This document shows positions 39,101-48,100 of a stretch of 64,000 nt of DNA, piece after piece (position 1 is the stretch's first letter; the number at the start of each line of letters is the position of its first letter). The stretch covers positions 21,139,648 through 21,203,647 of the forward strand of contig NC_092673.1 in assembly GCF_964355755.1 (NCBI RefSeq), written 5' to 3'. The translations under genes and the position numbers were made by a program. This stretch comes from Antedon mediterranea. Taxonomy: Eukaryota > Animalia > Echinodermata. The notes beneath the pieces were generated by a model. That model did not search any database and was not told the DNA's origin. It saw only the letters and a list, made by a program, of their open reading frames with translations.

Positions 39101-42100
39101 CATTTGTTATAATGAAGTTTTATTGTTTATGTTATGTTATGATAGTGACAAATAAACTATTTACACACATCATACACACACTTTATGTGACAAAAAAATG
39201 TGATGTGCCCATATATGGACATGATGATGCCATATCACTACCACATTTAAGCATATCACTACCATATTTGGGTACATCACACTTGTTTGTCATATAAAGT
39301 TTAATAGTGTAGATAGAGCTTAATGCCAATTGCACCCATATTGATTTAAGTGTTTTGCTTGCTTTTATACATACAAAATCAACATAAATTGATTTTAATA
39401 TTATGGCACGTAATTGTAGCAGGAAAACATAACATAACCATGATTGTATTATATATATATTTAATTAAATTTCAGTATATCACCGGGCGGTTTAGAATTA
39501 AGGTTCTTTGCCTGATTTGTTTATATATATATATAAACACATTAGGCAAAGAACATTAATTCTAAACCGCCCGGTGATATACTGAAATTTAATTAATTAA
39601 TTTGAAACGATAAAGATGAGGAAATCTGTGAGAATGAGAAAAGGTCGCCCCAACCAAGACTCGAACTCGGACCGTCTGCTTGATATGCAGTTGCCCTAAC
39701 CATTAGACCACTGGGGCTTTCATGGTATTGTTCAAACTCGATTGGATACCGACCTTTTAACATTCTCAGCGTGGTACGGCGGAACAGCACTAGTCCTCAT
39801 AGTGGTATATATATAATATATATATCATATTGTAATGTAATGATATAGATTTATAATTGAGAAATCAACCTTTGTATTACAATTCAATTGAGTTCACCAA
39901 TTTGCCCCAGAAAGGGCCAGTGAAGAAATTGTCCAGATGTTTTAATGTCCATTAGACCATAATTAAATCCCCCCAAAAAACTGTTGATTTGACCTTATGA
40001 CCCTAAAACTATTAGATATTGACAGTTTTAAACAGAGATTCGACAGGGCCAATCCATCATTGTTACCCCCCACCCCAGATAAAATCAATCACTCCCATCC
40101 AAACTTACCTGGACAGGCTTAGGACTAATCATTAAACTCACAGATGATGTAATGACATATGCTAATGAACAGAAGCCGATATACACCTCACAGACACTTC
40201 TTCGAAGACACACGTTACAGACACTTCGTCGAAGACACACCTCACAGACACTTCTTCGAAGACACACGTTACAGACACTTCTTCGAAGACACACCTTACC
40301 GACACTTCTCGGAGAACACACCTCACAGACACTTCTTCGGAGCACACATCTTACCGACACTTCCTCAGAAGCATATCTACAGCAACATCTCACTTACAGC
40401 ATCACTCTTATACTTTGTTCCCGTTTCTTTATATTTGTATCGTATTGTGTATTATAATGTATTATTGAATAAACAACTGTGATATTCAATCAACCAAGCG
40501 AGTAGAGTCTTTAATACAGTAAAACCTCCACACATTATATTACATTGCACATGTCACTGTTCATTGAAATGTACAAAGTAGCATAAACCCTACCTGTCAT
40601 ATGAATAAGAATCCTAATTGCTATATTTGTTTATATTCTGTTAATTTAATATGTATGGTGTTGTAATCATGTGTTTACACATTAACTGTATAGATTGTAC
40701 TAAGATTTGTTTACGTTTAATATATATGAATTGTATTTCAAGTTTAATGTTTTTAAATGTTTTGAATGTTATAGTTTGATAGAATGGAAGAGCAGAAAAA
40801 TGAAGCTGAATTATCTATTTGTCCCCTTAAGGTATGTCATTTACCCTTTGTTGTTATATTTGTCCCCTTAAGGTATGTCATTTACCCTTTGTTGTTATAT
40901 TTGTCCCTTTAAGGTATGTCATTTACCCTTTGTTGTTATATTTGTCCCTTTAAGGTATGTCATTTACCTATTTTGTTATATTTGTCCCTTTAAGGTATGT
41001 CATTTACCCTTTGTTGTTTATTTGTCCCTTTAATGTATGTCATTTACCCTTTGTTGTTATATTTGTCCCCTTAAGGTATGTCATTTACCCTTTGTTGTTT
41101 ATTTGTCCCTTTAAGGTATGTCATTTACCCTTTGTTGTTATATTTGTCCCCTTAAGGTATGTCATTTACCCTTTGTTGTTATATTTGTCCCTTTAATGTA
41201 TGTCATTTACCCTTTGTTGTTTATTTGTCTCTTTAAGGTATGTCATTTACCCTTTGTTGATATATTTGTCCCCTTAAGGTATGTCATTTACCCTTTGTTG
41301 TTATATTTGTCCCTTTAAGGTATGTCATTTATCCTTTGTTGTTATATTTGTCCCTTTAAGGTATGTCATTTACCCTTTGTTGTTTATTTGTCCTTTTAAG
41401 GTATGTCATTTACCCTTTGTTGTTATATTTGTCCCCTTAAGGTATGGCATTTACCCTTTACTTGTTTACTTGTTTACTTGTTTCCGGAGCTCAGCAATGC
41501 TGGGTCCGGAGTCGAGGCTAGGCTATGCCTATAAGCCCCTCTTGATAATTACATCAACTCTTGAATATGGCGCAAATTTAAGAGGGTGGTTGGACCATGC
41601 CCGTTCAAGACCGGACTTAAATTGATTGGTTGATCTTGAAGCTACTACATCCTCCGATAACGAATTCCATAATATAATAGCTTTTCGACCAAATGAGTCC
41701 CTCATCCAATTTGTGCGCGAGAACTTAAATTTCAATTTAAAAGAATGACCACGTGTTCTAACATCTTCATCATGCTCAAAAAAAGTCAGCAGAAATACTA
41801 TCCACTCCGTGTAAAATTTTAAAAATCTGTATCAAATGAGCTCTTTGCCTTCTGTATGCGAGAGTAGGTAGGTTGAGAATTTTCAGCCTTTCTGCAATGC
41901 TGGGTCCGGAGTCGAGGCTAGGCTATGCCTATAAGCCCCTCTTGATAATTACATCAACTCTTGAATATGGCGCAAATTTAAGAGGGTGGTTGGACCATGC
42001 CCTTTCAAGACCGGACTTAAATTGATTGGTTGATCTTGAAGCTAATACATCCTCCGATAACGAATTCCATAATATAATAGCTTTTCGACCAAATGAGTCC

Positions 42101-45100
42101 CTCATCCAATTTGTGCGCGAGAACTTAAATTTCAATTTAAAAGAATGACCACGTGTTCTAACATCTTCATTACGCTCAAAAAAAGTCAGCAGAAATACTA
42201 TCCACTCCGTGTAAAATTTTAAAAATCTATATCAAATGAGCTCTTTGCCTTCTGTATGCGAGAGTAGGTAGGTTGAGAATTTTCAGCCTTTCTGAATAAG
42301 GTAAATGACGAATGGAAAAAATAAGCTTGGTGGCACGTTCTTGGACTTTTTCCAATAGGTCTTCCTCCTTACAATGTAGCGAGTTAAAAACAACGTTGCA
42401 GTATTCCAAGGTCGGACGAATAATAGCTTTATATAAACGAAGAAACCCATCCATATTTAAAAACTTGTTATATTTGTCCCTTTAAGGTATGTCATTTACC
42501 CTTTGTTGTTATATTTGTCCCTTTAAGGTATGTCATTTACCCTTTGTTGTTATATTTGTCCCCTTAAGGTATGTCATTTACCCTGTGTTGTTATATTTGT
42601 CCCCTTAATGTATGTCATTTACCCTTTGTTGTTATATTTGTCCCTTTAAGGTATGTCATTTACCCTTTGTTGTTATTTTTGTCCCTTTAAGGTATGTCAT
42701 TTACCCTTTGTTGTTATATTTGTCCCTTTAATGTATGTCATTTACCCTTTGTTGTTATATTTGTCCCTTTAATGTATGTCATTTACCCTTTGTTGTTATA
42801 TTTGTCCCTTTAAGGTATGTCATTTACCCTTTGTTGTTATATTTGTCCCCTCAATGTATGTCATTTACCCTTTGTTGTTATATTTGTCCCTTTAAGGTAT
42901 GTCATTTACCCTTTGTTGTTATATTTGTCCCTTTAAGGTATGTCATTTACCCTTTGTTGTTATATTTGTCCCCTTAAGGTATGTCATTTACCCTGTGTTG
43001 TTATATTTGTCCCCTTAATGTATGTCATTTACCCTTTGTTGTTATATTTGTCCCTTTAAGGTATGTCATTTACCCTTTGTTGTTATATTTGTCCCCTTAA
43101 GGTATGTCATTTAGTTTTACCCTGTGTTGTTATATTTGTCCCCTTAATGTATGTCATTTACCCTTTGTTGTTATATTTGTCCCTTTAAGGTATGTCATTT
43201 ACCCTTTGTTGTTATATTTGTCCCCTCAATGTATGTCATTTACCCTTTGTTGTTATATTTGTCCCTTTAAGGTATGTCATTTACCCTTTGTTGTTATATT
43301 TGTCCCCTTAAGGTATGTCATTTACCCTGTGTTGTTATATTTGTCCCCTTAATGTATGTCATTTACCCTTTGTTGTTATATTTGTCCCTTTAAGGTATGT
43401 CATTTACCCTTTGTTGTTATATTTGTCCCTTTAAGGTATGTCATTTACCCTTTGTTGTTATATTTGTCCCTTTAATGTATGTCATTTACCCTTTGTTGTT
43501 ATATTTGTCCCTTTAATGTATGTCATTTACCCTTTGTTGTTATATTTGTCCCTTTAAGGTATGTCATTTACCCTTTGTTGTTATATTTGTCCCCTCAATG
43601 TACTGTTATGTCATTTACCCTTTGTTGTTATATTTGTCCCCTTAAGGTATGTCATTTACCCTGTGTTGTTATATTTGTCCCCTTAATGTATGTCATTTAC
43701 CCTTTGTTGTTCTATTTGTTCCTTTAAGGTATGTCATTTACCCTTTGTTGTTATATTTGTCCCCTCAATGTATGTCATTTACCTTTTGTTGTTATATTTG
43801 TCCCCTTAATGTATGTCATTTACCCTTTGTTGTTATATTTGTCCCTTTAATGTATGTCATTTACCCTTTGTTGTTATATTTGTCCCTTTAAGGTATGTCA
43901 TTTACCCTTTGTTGTTATATTTGTCCCCTCAATGTATGTCATTTACCCTTTGTTGTTATATTTGTCCCCTTAAGGTATGTCATTTACCCTGTGTTGTTAT
44001 ATTTGTCCCCTTAATGTATGTCATTTACCCTTTGTTGTTATATTTGTCCCTTTAATGTATGTCATTTACCCTTTGTTGTTATATTTGTCTCCTCAATGTA
44101 TGTCATTTACCCTTTGTTGTTATATTTGTCCCTTTAATGTATGTCATTTACCCTTTGTTGTTATATTTGTCCCCTTAATGTATGTCATTTACCCTTTGTT
44201 GTTATATTTGTCCCTTTAATGTATGTCATTTACCCTTTGTTGTTATATTTGTCTCCTCAATGTATGTCATTTACCCTTTGTTGTTATATTTGTCCCTTTA
44301 ATGTATGTCATTTACCTTTTGTTGTTATGTGTATTTGTCCCTAAAAATTAAGATAGTAGAATCAGACATTAAATAGGCCATTTTTCAGTTTTAATAAAGT
44401 TATTCACTTCAATAAAAAAAAAAATAATAATAATTATTTCACTTATAAAAAAACAAAAGAAACAATTAATTTTAACCAAAAATCATTATCTGACAGACAA
44501 TGGTATATTTTTTGCTTTAAATTACATTTTTTTTTAATCTAGTTTTTGGTCAAAGTGAATAACTATTACGTGAAATTAAAATGTTATATTAAAAATAAAA
44601 TGTTGTTAAACTATTTTTTAGCGGACAATATATGTTATTTACCGTGGTTATATTTGTCCCCTTAAGATATGTCATTTACCCTTTGTTGTTACTCCTTGTC
44701 ATCACTTTTCATGCAGTAATCTAAAACAATCCACACTTCATGTTTTAACAAAATTATTTGTACTATAATTACACTTTTTTTTCTTAAATCATTGTGTCTA
44801 TGTATTAATCATTGTGATTTTTTAATTATTTAATTCATAGAATATTTATACATTTTTTTTAGGCTAAGGTGTCCTATCTTCGTGAAAAATGCAAAGAAAG
44901 AGACTTGATGATTAAGAAAATGAGCAGAGTTCTTCAGGCACATGTTGATTCCAATGTAAGTGGAAAACTGTTGTCAGAGATCACAGAAGTACAGACTCTG
45001 ATACCAGCAGAGGAATACAACCAGCCATTACCACTACCATCACAATTGAAGAAATCTCCCAAAAAGGACTATCTACCCAAGGGTAACTCCGCTGCAACTT

Positions 45101-48100
45101 TTAGCCCGCTTTCGCAAAGGAGCTTTTCATCAGACGGTCTTGATAAAACATCCAAATTGCTAAGATCAAGATCACCCGTTCTTAGTGGTCTGCAATCACA
45201 GAGTTTACATAATGGTTTGGATGAACTGGATATGACTCAAGGAATCTCTGTAGCAGATTTGCTTCAAAAAACATCTAAACCTCAAACAAAGTTTACAGCA
45301 AGAAGTGATAGCATGGAAGACTTGTTTGACTCTCTGCAGACACTAAGTGAAAACATTCGGGGAAGATCTGATAGTCATTCAAGAGATACAAAAAGGGCAC
45401 CATCATTAGAAAGGAGCTTTGATTGGTTAAGTCCGTCATCACCTTCGGGAGCTGATATTTTAAGTAGAACAAAGCATAGGCGATCAAAGGTGAGATGTTT
45501 GTTTTATTTTTAAATGTATCCAATTAATCTTGTATCTAATCTTTTTTTGTTTATTGAATGTGGAACTTCATTTTGTTCTGTTTTCTTTGAAGCCATCGGT
45601 TTACTTGGATTCCAGTCCAGAACGCATTGTACAGATGCATCAAGAACTTCAAGATGCTCATGTAAATCAATATAAAGTTCCTTATCAAAGCTCTATTGAT
45701 CCAGTCTTCTCATCTGGTGTGACCACTAACATCCCTGACCACAGAAAGCTCCAACAAAATGGAGTAATGTCAGCAACAAGTACTAACTACCTCTCTGGAC
45801 CTACAACAAGTACACAAATGAATGGGCATAGTAATGGTTTATTAATCGTAGGGCCATCTCTGAACAATACTTTATATCAATCCATCCATCATCATTCACC
45901 GTCTCATTTACATAGACTACCAGGTGAAAACAGCACACCTGTTATAACACACAATGGTATCGTACTACCACACAGTGTTGGACTTCTAAACACTGGTCAG
46001 TTAAACATGAGTGACCTGTCAAACGGTTTACCCCAAAGAGTGTTGTCGGAACCGCATATAAAACCATTCCCGCACACTCAGCCAAGGCACTTGCAACTTA
46101 ACCACACAAATGTTACCAAAGCCCCTACAGTGAATGGTGTTGATGCGCCAGACTTGCCTGGCCTCAAAAGAGCAAGTAATGGACATATTAGGCCTGAGAC
46201 AAAGCATGGAGGTAAATACTATTTGTTATTTGATGTATGAGAGTAGATAGATAGATATATAGTATTCTGTGATAGATATTAAAAATATGATGACACTTTA
46301 TTAATGAGACTTCAGTTAACAAGTAACACTATTAATGTTTAATTTTGTATTATTATTATTATTAATATTATTTTATTGTATTGTTATTATTTCTTTAATA
46401 TATCATAGAACCACCTGATCCTCCTACGCACTTTACTGTTGCTAAGCAACTTGGTAAACATGGAGTTCTTCTAACATGGGTGCCACCAGTAATGGATAGT
46501 AATTACTGTAGTAATGGTTCACATGTGAATGGATACAAGTTGTTTGTTAACGGGCAACAGCGTCAATTTGTTGCTAATGCTACTTTAAAGAAGGTAAGAC
46601 AATCATTTAAAATAACTTATAAAAGTTCTTTATTTTACATTCATTTATTAAACTGTATTAGGAATAGATTGGTAGATAGATTGCAGCACTTATATTCTCC
46701 AGATAAATATTTCAGCGTGTTTCAGTTTCCTATATTAAATTGTATTAGGAATAAATTGGTAACTATGACTACTGCAGTAATTTCTAATTATTGTAATTCA
46801 CTAGTTCCTGCCTCAAATTTATATATATATATATATATGTTTTTTAGTTCCATTCCAAAATTGTTTATATCTACTAAGCTAATGTATATGTTTTAAATTA
46901 CTTAGGCTCTGGTTGATGGTGTTGACCTCACAACTTCTGTGACCTTTGGTATTCAGACAATGTCGGAGGTCGGTCTTCACTCAAGAATTGTACACAGCAA
47001 ATATAACCACATTTTGGCAGTCCCATACACAACACCACAATCACAATCGGCAGCGACAGAATCGTTTCAAGACGTCACAACTGATTCTTCTGTCTTCAGT
47101 GATGATCAGGAACAGAGATTGGTGAGTTTCCAAGAATAAATGAACAACAGGAATTGGATAACACAATAACAATCAAATACAAAGATCACAATCTTTGTAA
47201 TCTGAGTCGATAGATTGTAAATTCAAAGAAACATTTAACTGCTAAATAGTACAACAACAATTTCCTGATGTATGTCTGTTACACTACTACAAAGTAAATA
47301 AATTAATGTGTTGCAACATTGTAGATGTGCAAACTGTGTTTTATGTAATTTTCACTCTTATTTGTATTTATTTCAGTTTATTGCTGTTTATGAATACATA
47401 CCTGAGAAACACTCTCCTAATGATTATCCTGCTTATGAGTTAGCATTTGAAGAGGGCGATATTTTGACCATATATGGCCAGAAGCGACAAGATGGGTTTT
47501 TTCAAGGAAAGGTAATATCAAGAATTTTACAAGTAAAAAAATCACACAAATGTTTTGTGTTAATATAAATAAAAATCAATCCAATTTGCTGATATTCTTT
47601 CTTTTAAAGCGAACAAAATTCATTGAAATTCTTTACTTTTTTAGGTAAGAGGAAAGCGTGGTCTGGTTCCATCAAACTTTATTGAGGAGATTTCAATGTC
47701 CACAAAGCATCATTCAAAGGTATTAATTACCATTACAGATATTTGTATTCATCATCATTTAGGTATATGTGTCTATTTGATATTGTACATTTTTCATAAC
47801 TTCTTGTTATGTCGGTATTAAGCAAACCTCTGCTCGAATTTCTGTTTTACGTTATCACTTGGATTATGCTCTTTGCTAATTCTATCTAATGTGAGATCCA
47901 GCCACTACAGTATTAGCCACAGCAATACCCACAGCAGTGTCATTGTCGATAGATTTCAATATTTTCCATGTCTTGATTTAAAGCTTTTTTATATTTTGTA
48001 TAAATAGCCTCTGTTAAAACTCATTTATTTTTGCAGAGTAAACGTAGCCAAAACAAAATCAGTGAACGTACGCGTCCTTCTAGACATTCCAGGAAAACTC

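Noticed and set aside
39646-39717. Functional tRNA-Asp(ATC) gene
   Set aside because: A at position 32, mismatched anticodon-stem base pair, atypical anticodon and repeat-like context; kept as pseudo-tRNA.
40085-40482. Cys-rich or RRHT-repeat ORFs resembling zinc fingers
   Set aside because: Products of a short tandem repeat with no fitting splice sites.
41529-42454. Active retrotransposon ORF
   Set aside because: Only the C-terminal end of ORF2, with a stop and frameshift; no RT catalytic core.
40957-44344. Many short MSFTLCCYICP ORFs
   Set aside because: Translations of the 41-bp satellite.
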